Source of the DNA: an uncultured Acidobacteriaceae bacterium
GTDB taxonomy: Bacteria > Acidobacteriota > Terriglobia > Terriglobales > Acidobacteriaceae
Direction: 5' to 3'
Length of the DNA stretch: 64,000 nt
Assembly: GCA_963699875.1 (NCBI GenBank)
Contig: CAVOVN010000011.1
Span: 6,744 to 70,743, forward strand
Shown here: piece by piece, positions 10,595 to 20,363 of the stretch
Layout of the letters: each line of letters begins with the position of its first letter
Position numbering within the stretch: position 1 is the stretch's first letter
Position numbers and translations under genes: made by a program
Notes under the pieces: model-generated
What the model was told of the DNA's origin: nothing
Seen by the model: only the letters and a program-made list of their open reading frames with translations
Databases searched by the model: none

Positions 10595-11681
10595 ATGCAG
10601 GCATGGGACGCGGTCGTTGTCGGCGCAGGAGTCATCGGCCTATCGCTGGGGCGGCGCCTCAGGCAGGAAGGCCTGCGCGTGCTGGTCATCGACAAGGGCG
10701 AGCCTGGGCGGGAGGCATCGTACGCGGCGGGTGGCATGATCGCGCATTGTGATCCGCATTTGCCTGATGCGCTGGGGCCGTTGGCAATCGCCAGCGCGGC
10801 GATGTATCCGGAGTTTGCTCGTGAGCTGCAGGATGAATCGGGAGAGTCGCCCGACTTACGCGACCAGGGAACACTTGCGATTGTTCGCAGGAGAACGAGC
10901 GGCCATCTGGTGAAGGTGTTCGCGCGATCGCCGCGGATGAGATCGCGGAACTTGGAGCCGGCAATGACGCTGAGAGCGCCGGCTTATTTTCTGCCGGAGC
11001 GCAGCGTCGATCCTCGCGCTTTGTGTAGCGCTCTCACCAAAGCCGCGAAGAATCGTGGCGTGGACTTCGTTACCGGCTCCGCCGGTCACTCAAGTCGAGG
11101 TACAGGATGGCCGCGCGGTGGGCGTGAAAACAAGTCATTCAAGCTATGCCGCCGGGGTCGTCGTCAACTGTGCTGGAGCGTGGGCCTCGCAGATACCGCC
11201 GCTGGGATTACCTACCCACCCCGCCAAAGGCCAGATGGTTTGTGTGGTGCCTGGGCCCGACGACGCGGGTGAACGTCCCCTGGTTCAGCACGTGGTGCGC
11301 ACGCCAGATATCTACATCATTCCGCGCAGCGATCGTCGAATTTTGTTGGGCGCCACGCTTGAAGATGCGGGATTCGACAAGCGAACCGACGCAGAGACGA
11401 TTGAGCGGTTATACAAAGCCGCAACCGCGGTGGTTCCCAAGATCGGCCAGATGCGTATTCACGACGCGTGGGCGGGACTGCGGCCGGCCTCACCGGATGG
11501 CCTGCCGATATTGGGAGCCACTGCAATACCCGGCTACTATGCCGCTACTGGACATTACCGCGACGGAATCATGCTGGCGCCGATCACGGCAGAGGTGATG
11601 ACAAGCCTAATCGTTGGGAGAGAAAGTACCTTCGATCTGGCGGCCTTCTCGCCGTGCCGCTTCGCTACAAAACCGAGCTGA
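10595..11681 (+). pseudogene. thiO: FAD-dependent glycine oxidase (ThiO-like), frame-shifted as assembled
   Basis: DAVVVGAGVIGLS dinucleotide fold at the N-terminus and GHYRDGIMLAP at the C-terminus. The reading frame changes near 11081 (DFVTGS then PVTQVEVQDGRAVGVKT in the +1 frame). A further compensated pair near 10885-10942 is possible. Confidence 0.75.
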
Positions 11682-11691
11682 GGTGGAAATG

Positions 11692-11716
11692 AAAAGCCCC
11701 ATCCGGAGATGGGGCT
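11692..11716. terminator. bidirectional hairpin terminator between thiO-like gene and atpE
   Basis: AGCCCCATC-CGGA-GATGGGGCT stem-loop flanked by an A-run on the plus strand (a T-run on the minus strand). It lies between convergent genes. Confidence 0.6.
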
Positions 11717-11738
11717 CGAAGCGAGACCTAGGCTTCGC

Positions 11739-12050
11739 TTAGACGACCTTGGCGAAGATGATAACCAGTGCGAACAGCACCAGGGACTCGATGAAGGCCA
11801 GACCAAGAATCAGCGCCAGCTGAATTCCAGGACGGGCGGCAGGATTGCGTGCCATGCCTTCGCAGGCAGCCGCGCCCACCTTTCCCTGGCCAAGAGCGGC
11901 CAGGCCGGAGGCGATGGCAATGCCAAAGCCGGAGGCGATGGCGACCCAATTGACGCCACCGGCAGCGGCTGCGCCACCTTGCGCATAAGCAGGCATGGTC
12001 ATCATCGAGATGGCCAGCAACGAGAAGAACACCAACATCACTTTCCGCAT
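11739..12050 (-). CDS. atpE: F0F1 ATP synthase subunit c
   Basis: Hairpin of two TM helices with the GMARNP(AA)RP loop motif. Confidence 0.95.
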   Translation of the reverse strand: MRKVMLVFFSLLAISMMTMPAYAQGGAAAAGGVNWVAIASGFGIAIASGLAALGQGKVGAAACEGMARNPAARPGIQLALILGLAFIESLVLFALVIIFAKVV

Positions 12051-12131
12051 TTCACTTTCTCCTTTTATGAACTGCTGCCAGTGGGTGGTTGGCGCTCACC
12101 GTGCTGGCGCCCTCACGCTTGCAGCGAAACT

Positions 12132-12269
12132 AGCTATCAGCTGTCAGCTCCCAGCCATCAGCTAAGACTTTGCACCTCAACTGCTCTTATACCGACAAAC
12201 TCTATTGCGGTCTCGGAACACTGACTCGCCAATCTTCAACTGACAGCTGATGGCTGACAGCTGATATCT
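12132..12269. repeat. periodic palindromic intergenic element (CAGCTGA-unit arms) inside the atpB-atpE spacer
   Basis: Left arm AGCTATCAGCTGTCAGCTCCCAGCCATCAGCT. The right arm is its imperfect reverse complement, CAACTGACAGCTGATGGCTGACAGCTGATATCT. Confidence 0.7.
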
Positions 12270-12270
12270 C

Positions 12271-13002
12271 TTAGTGCTCGTGCGCGACCGCCTCACCTAT
12301 ATACACGGTTGCCAGCAGCACAAAGATGTACGTCTGGATGAACGACACACCGATGTGGAGCAACATGAAAATCACCGGGATGCCGATCGGTATCAGCGAG
12401 AAGAACACCAGCGTTACCATGTCGCCGGCGAACATGTTGGCAAAAAGACGTACGGTGAGCGAAAGGATACGCGCCAGATGGCTCGCGACTTCGATGACAA
12501 ACATCAGCGGCGCCAGCCACCACACCGGTCCCAGGAAGTGCTTGATATAACCAAAGCCGTTATGCCGGATACCGTGCAGGTGGTAGTAAAACCACGTAAC
12601 CAGGGCGCAGCCTAGCGGCACCGAAGGTATCGCAGTGGGCGACTCCAATCCCGGGATGAGGCCGATCAGGTTGCAGCTGAGGATGTAGACCCCCAGCGTA
12701 CACAGGTATCCGGTGTAGCCTTCGTAGCCGTGTCCGATGACCTCGTGCGCCTGCGTTCCGACGAACGAATCGATGCCCTCAAACGTGTGCTGCAACGGGC
12801 CCGGGTCATCCACCGAGAGGCGCATCCGAACCAGGACAAAAATCAGCAGAAGCAGGACCGCCACCAGGATCTGCATCGCCACGTAGTTGGTGATTGGCGC
12901 TTGCGGATGCGTGCTCGGCACGTGTACAGCGTTCTCGATGGTGTTGGCCAACCCGCCGAGGTACTTGTTCAGGAAAGCTGTAATCCAGAGTTGCTCAGGC
13001 AT
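12271..13002 (-). CDS. atpB: F0F1 ATP synthase subunit a
   Basis: 243 aa polytopic protein with the conserved LSLTVRLFANMFAGD arginine helix. Confidence 0.95.
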   Translation of the reverse strand: MPEQLWITAFLNKYLGGLANTIENAVHVPSTHPQAPITNYVAMQILVAVLLLLIFVLVRMRLSVDDPGPLQHTFEGIDSFVGTQAHEVIGHGYEGYTGYLCTLGVYILSCNLIGLIPGLESPTAIPSVPLGCALVTWFYYHLHGIRHNGFGYIKHFLGPVWWLAPLMFVIEVASHLARILSLTVRLFANMFAGDMVTLVFFSLIPIGIPVIFMLLHIGVSFIQTYIFVLLATVYIGEAVAHEH

Positions 13003-13093
13003 TAGTACGATCGCTTTATGAAGGACTTAGTTTCTGGCTCTCGACGCACGCGGGGCGCTTCTTAATTCTGGCGTAGAGAGGTATTTCGGGAAA

Positions 13094-13447
13094 TTAAAGC
13101 TCGTGCCGCAGGCCCATGAACAACTCAACTCCCGTCTCACAGGCGATCGCCGCTATAGGCAGACACACTCCGCTCAGGAAGCCGAACAGACCTGCTCTTG
13201 AAACCTTAAATATAGCATAGGCGGCGATTCCGATTGAGACGTAGCGCAGCAGGGCGCGCAGCACCAGCAGGCCGCCGCGCTCGCTGCTTTTACCGGTTGT
13301 CATGCGTTCGCCCAGGGCATCAACCATGTGCTCAAGCCAGCGGTGATTGATGTAGGAGATGCCGGCCCCGACCAGGAATCCCAGCATGCCTGCCCATCCA
13401 AAGAACCAGCCGCACAAAAGAATGCCAAGGCCGGAGAGCCCAAGCAT
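13094..13447 (-). CDS. atpI: ATP synthase protein I-like small membrane protein
   Basis: Position immediately upstream of atpB and four hydrophobic helices. Start uncertain (ATG 13447, GTG 13519 or longest ORF 13612). Confidence 0.5.
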   Translation of the reverse strand: MLGLSGLGILLCGWFFGWAGMLGFLVGAGISYINHRWLEHMVDALGERMTTGKSSERGGLLVLRALLRYVSIGIAAYAIFKVSRAGLFGFLSGVCLPIAAIACETGVELFMGLRHEL

Positions 13448-13722
13448 GAAGCGGCGAATGCGCAGCAATGCGCCATCGTAGAACTGCTGTGCGTTTTGCG
13501 AGTCGACGGGAGCAGACACACTGTGTTCCGATAACCGTCTCCATGATATGCGACTCGTACCAGTTCGCCACCCGCAAGGCACACCATCGATCGTGAATCG
13601 GCTGAATAACACACATTAGAAATAGTTTGACTTACCACGAATTCTTACTGAGCAGACACTCTGCTGTGTCAAACTGTGCCCCTACGAGGGGAGTAGTAGA
13701 ACCTCGAAGGAAAGGAGCACCA

Positions 13723-14397
13723 ATGAGACATGTGAGATTCGACTCCGCACCAACCCTAACGCACACCAATGAGAAACGCGCAGCCCGGTTGTGGGCCGTG
13801 CGCTTGGCAACCTTGTTGTTAGGTCTGCTGGCCGGGACTGTTCCGGCCTTGGCGGACGGCTGCATTCCCTATTGCAATGCGGGGAGCATCGCGCCAACCA
13901 ACGTCTTCAACGCAGTCGCAACAGGACCCGTAACCGGCTATTACGCGGGTAAAGGCAGCGCCGACGATGAGGACTGGGTTCGTATGCTCGACCTCACCAC
14001 CAATACAACCGGCGATTGGGTTCTCGATAATCAGATAACCCTGGTGGGCGCCTCAGCAGATTTCGGCGTAGCGAATGCCGGTGATCTGCTCGTCTTCGAA
14101 CTCTGGAACCAGACGCTGAGCTTGGTCTTTGCCTCTGAGCCCGACCTCAGCAGCGATGCCACAAACCATGCCTATGCCACCCACTTCAGCGGAGGGAACA
14201 TCAACGGCGTCAATTTTCCCGCCGGCACCTACGTCGGAATGGAAGACTGGCCGAATGGAATCGCTGATTGGAACTATCAGGATAATCAGTTTGTCGTAAC
14301 GAATGTTGCGATCGTGCCCGAGCCGGGCAGCTTGCTCACATTGGGTTCCGGGATCCTGACCCTGGTAGGCTTCGCTCGTCGCCGCCTGTCTAGCTAA
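13723..14397 (+). CDS. PEP-CTERM sorting domain protein
   Basis: C-terminus VPEPGSLLTLGSGILTLVGFARRRLSS (PEP motif, TM helix, Arg cluster). AAGGAG upstream of the ATG at 13723. Signal peptide present. Confidence 0.85.
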   Translation: MRHVRFDSAPTLTHTNEKRAARLWAVRLATLLLGLLAGTVPALADGCIPYCNAGSIAPTNVFNAVATGPVTGYYAGKGSADDEDWVRMLDLTTNTTGDWVLDNQITLVGASADFGVANAGDLLVFELWNQTLSLVFASEPDLSSDATNHAYATHFSGGNINGVNFPAGTYVGMEDWPNGIADWNYQDNQFVVTNVAIVPEPGSLLTLGSGILTLVGFARRRLSS

Positions 14398-14422
14398 CTT
14401 TCGTCGGTCTGGGCAATGCCGG

Positions 14423-14440
14423 GGGCGGTCCGGGCCGCCC
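14423..14440. terminator. GC-rich hairpin between convergent PEP-CTERM gene and sua5
   Basis: GGGCGG-TCCGGG-CCGCCC followed by TCATCTTTT. Confidence 0.4.
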
Positions 14441-14460
14441 TCATCTTTTCCATCTGACAA

Positions 14461-15438
14461 TCAGCGAGCTGAAGCGCGCCGCAAGCGATCCAGCACGCCC
14501 TCCCACTCCGGCGTCTGATCAGGAGCTTCGACGGCAATCCAGTCGTAACCGGAGTCGTCCAGGTCGTGCAGTACCGCGTAGAGGCGGGTTGCGTATTCAC
14601 GCGGATTTCCGGGCATAGCGACGACCTTCGCCTCACATACAGGCTGACTTCGAAGCTGGAGATACGCTCCCTTACCGCTCTCGGGGACGGCCCCTTCCGA
14701 TACCAGCATCAATGGCGTCTTAGGACTGTAGTGTTGAGGGTGCATTCCCGGTGATGGGTGCGCCGCGGCCATGGGCTGATCATGCAAAGCCACTGGACCG
14801 ACCACCTCCTCAATCTGCGTGCGCGAAATGCCTCCGGGACGAAGAAGCACGAACGGCTCTTTAACCACCGAGAGCACCGTCGATTCGATGCCGACTTGGC
14901 ATGGACCTCCGTCGAGAACGTGCGCAACTCGACGGCCCAAACCACGCCGCACGTGCTCGGCCGTCGTAGGAGAAAGCTGCGTGAATCGATTCGCGCTGGG
15001 CGCTGCCACCGGAATGTCCGCCTCCTGCAACAATGCCAGCGCCACGGGATGGGCAGGCATGCGCAATCCGACCGTCGGCAAGCCTGCGGTCACGATATCA
15101 GGGATCAATGGCCGCTTCTTGACGACCAGCGTCAGTGGTCCCGGCCAGAAGCGTTCTGCGAGGCGCTGTGCAGCATCAGGCCATTCGGCGGCAAGCTCCC
15201 GCGCCATTTCGATTGAGCTAACATGCACAATCAAGGGGCTGGTTCGCGGCCTTCCCTTGGCGTCGAAAATTCGCGATACGGCAACGAAGTCGAGCGCATT
15301 GGCTCCTAATCCGTAGACCGTCTCCGTAGGAAACGCCACCAGCTTCCCGTCGCGCAGCAGCGCGGCAGCGTCTTTTATTTGCTGCTCAGTCACGCCGAAT
15401 TGCTCTTCGAGCGTCATCGATGGTCGCTCCGCGCTCAT
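14461..15438 (-). CDS. tsaC: L-threonylcarbamoyladenylate synthase (Sua5/YwlC type, with Sua5 C-terminal domain)
   Basis: VAFPTETVYGLGANAL and PLIVH motifs. The ATG at 15438 overlaps the upstream stop (ATGA). Confidence 0.9.
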   Translation of the reverse strand: MSAERPSMTLEEQFGVTEQQIKDAAALLRDGKLVAFPTETVYGLGANALDFVAVSRIFDAKGRPRTSPLIVHVSSIEMARELAAEWPDAAQRLAERFWPGPLTLVVKKRPLIPDIVTAGLPTVGLRMPAHPVALALLQEADIPVAAPSANRFTQLSPTTAEHVRRGLGRRVAHVLDGGPCQVGIESTVLSVVKEPFVLLRPGGISRTQIEEVVGPVALHDQPMAAAHPSPGMHPQHYSPKTPLMLVSEGAVPESGKGAYLQLRSQPVCEAKVVAMPGNPREYATRLYAVLHDLDDSGYDWIAVEAPDQTPEWEGVLDRLRRASAR

Positions 15439-16277
15439 CGCGTCCGTCCCGCCGATGGATCGGCTGAGGTGGCTGACTCGACATCGATGTACAGGCCCGA
15501 CCCAGTTTGCGCACCCGGAGGATAGCAACTGCCGTCGGCGGCATAGGTACTGCGGCATGCGGCTGTCATGTCCGGTCGTCGCGGAGACTGCGCGTACTGC
15601 CAGACGCTGGCGAAGCTCACGCCGCTTTCAGTAGGCTGCGGTGCGCTCGCAGGGAAGACGCAGCCCGGAGATGGCCCGCAATGGTCGTTGCTGATGAAGA
15701 AGCGCAGGTCACGCCCGCCAGCATGCTCGCGAATATCATCCGCGGTGATCACTGTGCTGGCGGACGATTCGCGATAGGGAATTCCCGAGCAATAAATTCC
15801 GGCACGATAGCCGGCTCGCACCACACCATCAGCGAAGGCGTGGATGTAAGCACGCTGTTCAGGAAGCATCCGCCCCCCCTGCTCCTGGTCGAGAAAGATA
15901 ATGGCGTGGTTGGGAAAGCCTTCGCGTTGTGCGGCTCGGCTCGCTGCTTCGGCATCGCGAGTGCCGACTCGTGCAGCATTTCCCGACGCCTTCAGCTCCT
16001 TGTATTCGCGGCCGTTGAATAGAAGCAGGAACCCGTATCCCATCTTCTCGAGTGCTGCGCGTTTGCGGGTCCACGTATTGCTGGTTGCACCGGGCGGGTT
16101 GTTGAGCCAATAGCCGGTAAACGCGAACGTTGCCTTCAGCGCTTGCATGTTCGCATCGCCGGGATAATCATTGCGATCGAATCCCAGGAACGTGGATTGC
16201 GCAGCCAGAGACTCCGCGCTCAACATCCATGCAACCATGAGCAAACCTACGATGCGTGCGCTGCGCTTCATTTCCAT
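15435..16277 (-). CDS. secreted DUF1906 / glycoside-hydrolase-like domain protein
   Basis: Signal peptide MEMKRSARIVGLLMVAWMLSAESLAAQ. GFDRNDYPG...GYWLN pattern recalled for DUF1906 (Rv2525c-like). Confidence 0.6.
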   Translation of the reverse strand: MEMKRSARIVGLLMVAWMLSAESLAAQSTFLGFDRNDYPGDANMQALKATFAFTGYWLNNPPGATSNTWTRKRAALEKMGYGFLLLFNGREYKELKASGNAARVGTRDAEAASRAAQREGFPNHAIIFLDQEQGGRMLPEQRAYIHAFADGVVRAGYRAGIYCSGIPYRESSASTVITADDIREHAGGRDLRFFISNDHCGPSPGCVFPASAPQPTESGVSFASVWQYAQSPRRPDMTAACRSTYAADGSCYPPGAQTGSGLYIDVESATSADPSAGRTR

Positions 16278-16302
16278 TCCACTATCGCACGGACGACGGC
16301 CC

Positions 16303-17487
16303 CTATCGCGCCGTCTGCAGCCGACCGGCACGGAATGCCGCGAAATCAACCAGCTCTTCCATTCCGACTGCTTTTCGGACCAATGCTTCTCCGACCGCCG
16401 GTGAGTGTTTAAAGCCGTGTCCCGAGCAGGCTGAGGCGAACCAGATGCGCCCGGCATCGTCGGCCTGATCGATCACGAAGCGCGCGCCCGGAGCGAGGGT
16501 GTAGAGGCAGGTTGCGCTACGCACGCATCGCGCGGATACATCGGGCAGACGTGTCGCAATGTATCCGCTATACAGCATTTCTACCTCGCTGTCGGCAACG
16601 GTACGTTCGACCTCGTCGGCCTCGATCGCGATGTCGTAGCGCTCGGTTGCGGTCTTAATCGCCTTCGGAGGGCCTTCGGTCGCAGGAAATCCATAGAACA
16701 TGTCGCAGGGCTGCTCGCCGGTAATCCAGATGAACACCGGAAAATGCTGCGGCGTGTAACGCTCATGATTACGCGACAGCGCGAACCACGTCATCACCTG
16801 TCGGTAGACAACGAGCTGCCGCGCGATAGCTTGTGGCAGCAGCCTGCCAATCCATGGTCCGGCCGAGATAATCGCGTGCCCCGCGGAGTAGGTGTCGCGA
16901 TCGGTTGTGACGAGCACCGAATCTGACGCCGCGTCGAGCTTAATGACCGTCTCGCCCGTACGAACCCCGCCGCCCATGCTTGTCGCCAGCTCAAGCTGCG
17001 TCCCAATGCAGGCCTCCGGACGCACAAAACCGGCACCGGGCTCGAAGTATCCAATCTCTTCCTGCTCCAGACGAAACTGCGGGAACCTGGTTTCGATTTC
17101 TGCCGTGCTCAAAACCTCGTGCGCAATCTCGTACGCTTTGGCAGCAGCGATGGTGTCGGCCAGGAAGGAAGTCGAGCCGTGGTGATCTCCCACAATGTGG
17201 GATGACTGCAAAACCAGCGCGCCATTGCGGGTGAGCAGAGTGCGCCCTGAAGCCGCCTCCAGTTCTTCCCAAATCTGGTAGGAGCGCAGCACGAGCGGAA
17301 CGTAGTCCTGGCCCTCTCCGATGGCCTGCCGGGTGATGCGACTCTCGCCGTGCGACGAGCCCAGGTCGTGCGGAGGATGAAAACGATCTATGCCAATAGC
17401 GCGCACGCCGAGCTTGGCTGCTTGATACAGCGCCGCGCTTCCCACCGCGCCCAGGCCAACGACGACGATGTCTGCGGTTGTGCTCAT
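16303..17487 (-). CDS. solA: FAD-dependent N-methyl amino acid oxidase (sarcosine oxidase / SolA family)
   Basis: DIVVVGLGAVGSAALY dinucleotide motif, HGESRITR, and a C-terminal SGHGFKH motif typical of the MSOX family. Confidence 0.8.
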   Translation of the reverse strand: MSTTADIVVVGLGAVGSAALYQAAKLGVRAIGIDRFHPPHDLGSSHGESRITRQAIGEGQDYVPLVLRSYQIWEELEAASGRTLLTRNGALVLQSSHIVGDHHGSTSFLADTIAAAKAYEIAHEVLSTAEIETRFPQFRLEQEEIGYFEPGAGFVRPEACIGTQLELATSMGGGVRTGETVIKLDAASDSVLVTTDRDTYSAGHAIISAGPWIGRLLPQAIARQLVVYRQVMTWFALSRNHERYTPQHFPVFIWITGEQPCDMFYGFPATEGPPKAIKTATERYDIAIEADEVERTVADSEVEMLYSGYIATRLPDVSARCVRSATCLYTLAPGARFVIDQADDAGRIWFASACSGHGFKHSPAVGEALVRKAVGMEELVDFAAFRAGRLQTAR

Positions 17488-17548
17488 GAAGGACTCTTCA
17501 TGGTAATCGGTTTGCGGCGACTGTTGTGATGGCGCGCCGATTGGAATA

Positions 17549-17953
17549 CTAGACTTTGAGCCAGAGAATGGGGAATCCATGGCCCAACCGGCGGAAGTCG
17601 GAGTCGCCGGTCACCAGCGTTGCCTTTCTCTCGATGGCGAGCGCCGCAGCAAAACTGTCGGCATAATAAAGGCGATATTTCACTTTCACGGCAGCCGCTG
17701 AGAGAGCACCCTGGCGGTCCACCACGACGAACTCAATGGGGAGCGGCTGAAGTGTTCTCGTCATCGCCGACGCCCGATCAATATCGTAGGCCCGCAGTAG
17801 GGTGCTATAAACCTCGCCAAAATTGACAGCAGACATCAGGATTTCAGCGTGGCCGCGCATCGCTTCGTCAAGCAAGCGACGAATCCGGATCACGCCAGGC
17901 TTATCCAGTAACCAAGCCAGGATCGCACCGGCGTCGAAGACGTACGTCCTCAT
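17549..17953 (-). CDS. vapC: type II toxin VapC (PIN domain)
   Basis: 134 aa with PIN acidic residues (FDAGA..., ...GDSDF). 4-nt overlap with the upstream antitoxin gene. Confidence 0.85.
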   Translation of the reverse strand: MRTYVFDAGAILAWLLDKPGVIRIRRLLDEAMRGHAEILMSAVNFGEVYSTLLRAYDIDRASAMTRTLQPLPIEFVVVDRQGALSAAAVKVKYRLYYADSFAAALAIERKATLVTGDSDFRRLGHGFPILWLKV

Positions 17954-18195
17954 CCCCGGAGCTTACCTTCCCTCCGGTGTTCCTTCTTCCACATGGCGAG
18001 TAAATCCGGCCCACCGGCGAGGCAGCCTTGTAAGCGATCAAGATATGCACTCGTGAGCGGCTGGAGCACAATACGTCCGAAATCATCTTCGGAAAACTTG
18101 ACCTTGGTTCCGGCCTTGATGCCGTACTTGCGGCGCAACTCCGCCGGGACCACGAGTTGGCCTTTGGAGGTGAATGTAGCACTTAGATCGCGCAT
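17950..18195 (-). CDS. vapB: AbrB/MazE/SpoVT family antitoxin (VapB)
   Basis: KGQLVVPAELRRKYGIKAGTKV swapped-hairpin motif. Overlaps the vapC start. Confidence 0.8.
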   Translation of the reverse strand: MRDLSATFTSKGQLVVPAELRRKYGIKAGTKVKFSEDDFGRIVLQPLTSAYLDRLQGCLAGGPDLLAMWKKEHRREGKLRG

Positions 18196-18250
18196 GTCTT
18201 ACATTTTAGCATTTAGTAAGACATAGTCACTGTTTGTGTGACGGCAGCCT

Positions 18251-18814
18251 TTACTTGCCGAGCATTCCTTTCTTTAGGTCCGCATTCGGCGGCTTGGGGC
18301 CGAGCCATACCGAGAAGAGGACGGGGCCAAACGCCGGATCGGCGATGGTCACCTTGTTTTGGCCATTGATGGCCATGCTTGATCCCGTGCCGGGAATGTA
18401 CGTGAACACCATGGTATCGCCTATCTTTACCGCGTCAAGTCCACCCACCAACTGGTTGATCTGGGCCTTCATCGTCTTCGTCGCTTCAGGCGCATTGTCA
18501 CTGAATCCCTCGTTAAAGGCATCGGTCATCTGGCTTTTGCTGGCCACATGTACGAACTTCATGACGATCTGCTTAGGAGCATCTGCTTTGATGATGGCGT
18601 TCGCGTCTGACGACTTCTGCTCAAGGTAAAGGCCGCCGACGTAAATCTTGAAAATGGCCTTGGTTCGAATTCCCATGCCATTGAGGACGAGTGTCTTGCC
18701 CCCGACCTGTGCAGTGTCCGGTAGCGTGACGCCCGCGAGGCTGGCGGCGTTCAGGCTGAAAGTTGAGGCACTTACCAAGAGAAGTACTGCGAGCGATAGA
18801 GAGAGCTTGCGCAT
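18251..18814 (-). CDS. secreted chalcone isomerase-like family protein
   Basis: Signal peptide, then LVLNGMGIRTKAIFKIYVGGLYL, typical of bacterial CHI-like proteins. Confidence 0.7.
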   Translation of the reverse strand: MRKLSLSLAVLLLVSASTFSLNAASLAGVTLPDTAQVGGKTLVLNGMGIRTKAIFKIYVGGLYLEQKSSDANAIIKADAPKQIVMKFVHVASKSQMTDAFNEGFSDNAPEATKTMKAQINQLVGGLDAVKIGDTMVFTYIPGTGSSMAINGQNKVTIADPAFGPVLFSVWLGPKPPNADLKKGMLGK

Positions 18815-18898
18815 AAGAACTCCTTATGAAGCAGGATGCGACCAAGGTAGCACAGCAGGTTAATCTGATACCTGGTACCTGACGCCCGACACCTCCTC

Positions 18899-19744
18899 AT
18901 GGCTTATCGCGGACGCATCGCGCCTTCACCAACCGGTCTACTACACATCGGGCACGCCTGCACCTTCCGGACGGCATACCAGCGTACCGTCGCCAGCGGC
19001 GGAACCCTCGTCTTTCGCAACGAAGATCTCGATCCACAGCGCTCGAAGGCAGATTTCGCCGCAGCCATGATCGAAGACCTGCGCTGGCTTGGCATCCGGT
19101 GGCAAGAGGGACCCGACATCGGTGGGCTGTTTGGCCCATACCAACAGAGCCAGCGTCGCAGCTTCTATCTCGATGGGTGGCGCAAGCTGCGTGATGGTGG
19201 GTTCATCTATCCCTGTACTTGCTCGCGCAAAGACCTGGCCCTGGCGGCAGCTGCGCCGAACGAAGGTGACGATGAGCCGATGTATCCCGGCCGATGCCGC
19301 AATCGCATGGGCGATGCCCGCAACTATGAATCGCCAGCCGGCGTGAACTGGAGGTTTCGGGTGCCTGACGGCGAGACAATCTGCTTTGCAGACCAGAAGC
19401 AGGGCACACAGACTTATGTCGCCGCGGAGGACTTTGGCGACTTCGTGGTGTGGCGGCGCGACGATGTTCCCGCTTACCAACTGGCGGTTGTAGTCGACGA
19501 CGAAGCCATGCAGATCACCGAAGTCGTGCGCGGAGCCGATCTGCTGAAGTCCACGGCGCGACAGTTGCTGCTGATCAGGGCACTGGGTTATCGCGAACCC
19601 GCTTACTACCACTGCGACCTGGTGCGCGATGAATCCGGCAACCGGCTGGCAAAGCGCCAGGATGCACTCAGCCTGCGTGCACTGCGCGAACAAGGACTTT
19701 CGCCGCAAGCCGTTCTCGCCAGGTGCAGCGCATCGGCGAGATAG
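18899..19744 (+). CDS. gluQ: tRNA glutamyl-Q(34) synthetase
   Basis: YRGRIAPSPTGLLHIGH (HIGH motif). A truncated GluRS catalytic domain of about 280 aa with Zn-binding Cys residues. Confidence 0.9.
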   Translation: MAYRGRIAPSPTGLLHIGHACTFRTAYQRTVASGGTLVFRNEDLDPQRSKADFAAAMIEDLRWLGIRWQEGPDIGGLFGPYQQSQRRSFYLDGWRKLRDGGFIYPCTCSRKDLALAAAAPNEGDDEPMYPGRCRNRMGDARNYESPAGVNWRFRVPDGETICFADQKQGTQTYVAAEDFGDFVVWRRDDVPAYQLAVVVDDEAMQITEVVRGADLLKSTARQLLLIRALGYREPAYYHCDLVRDESGNRLAKRQDALSLRALREQGLSPQAVLARCSASAR

Positions 19745-19756
19745 CTGGTTGGATTT

Positions 19757-19831
19757 CACCACCGAGGACACGGAGGGCACCGAGAATCTCATATGTTGCT
19801 GATTCTCGTGTACTCTGTGTCCTCTGTGGTG
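19757..19831. repeat. inverted pair of a dispersed repeat (CACCACCGAGGACACGGAG type) forming a long hairpin after gluQ
   Basis: Left arm 19757-19788. The right arm 19801-19831 is its imperfect reverse complement. Confidence 0.7.
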
Positions 19832-19900
19832 AATTCTTAAATCCATTGCGCAATGATCGAATGCGCTGTATCGTCCACGCAAAACCCAATGGAGGGATTC

Positions 19901-20344
19901 ATGCGCGTTAACTGGGCTGCTATCGGCGTGTCGGGTGTTGTCTATTGGCTGTTCCAGGCGGGATGGTTCAAGGCTTTTGCGCAAGAATGGATGGCGGGTC
20001 TGCGTATGACCCCGGAAGAAATCGCGGCCTACCAAGCGCATAACCCTAACTTTCTTCCCTATTTAATCGCACTGGTCTGCAATCTGATACTGGCGTTCTT
20101 CATCGCGCGAGTGCTTGCATTGGGCGGCGTCTGGGGTCTTATTCGCGGCTTTCGCATCGGCCTGCTGATAGGACTCGTAGCTGCTCTGGCTATGCTGACG
20201 CAGTTGCACTTCGAGCTACGTCCCTGGCAGTTCATCGCCATCTCTGCCGGAGCACCCGTGGTTGGCTGCGCCCTAATGGGAATGATTCTCGGCGCCTGGA
20301 GGCCCAAGTCGGTGCTGGCCGAAGCCGCCGTGAGCGCTTCCTAG
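19901..20344 (+). CDS. DUF1761-like membrane protein
   Basis: GGAGGG upstream of the ATG at 19901. Four hydrophobic helices. The family call is from memory. Confidence 0.55.
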   Translation: MRVNWAAIGVSGVVYWLFQAGWFKAFAQEWMAGLRMTPEEIAAYQAHNPNFLPYLIALVCNLILAFFIARVLALGGVWGLIRGFRIGLLIGLVAALAMLTQLHFELRPWQFIAISAGAPVVGCALMGMILGAWRPKSVLAEAAVSAS

Positions 20345-20363
20345 TTCATTGGGAGATCGATAC

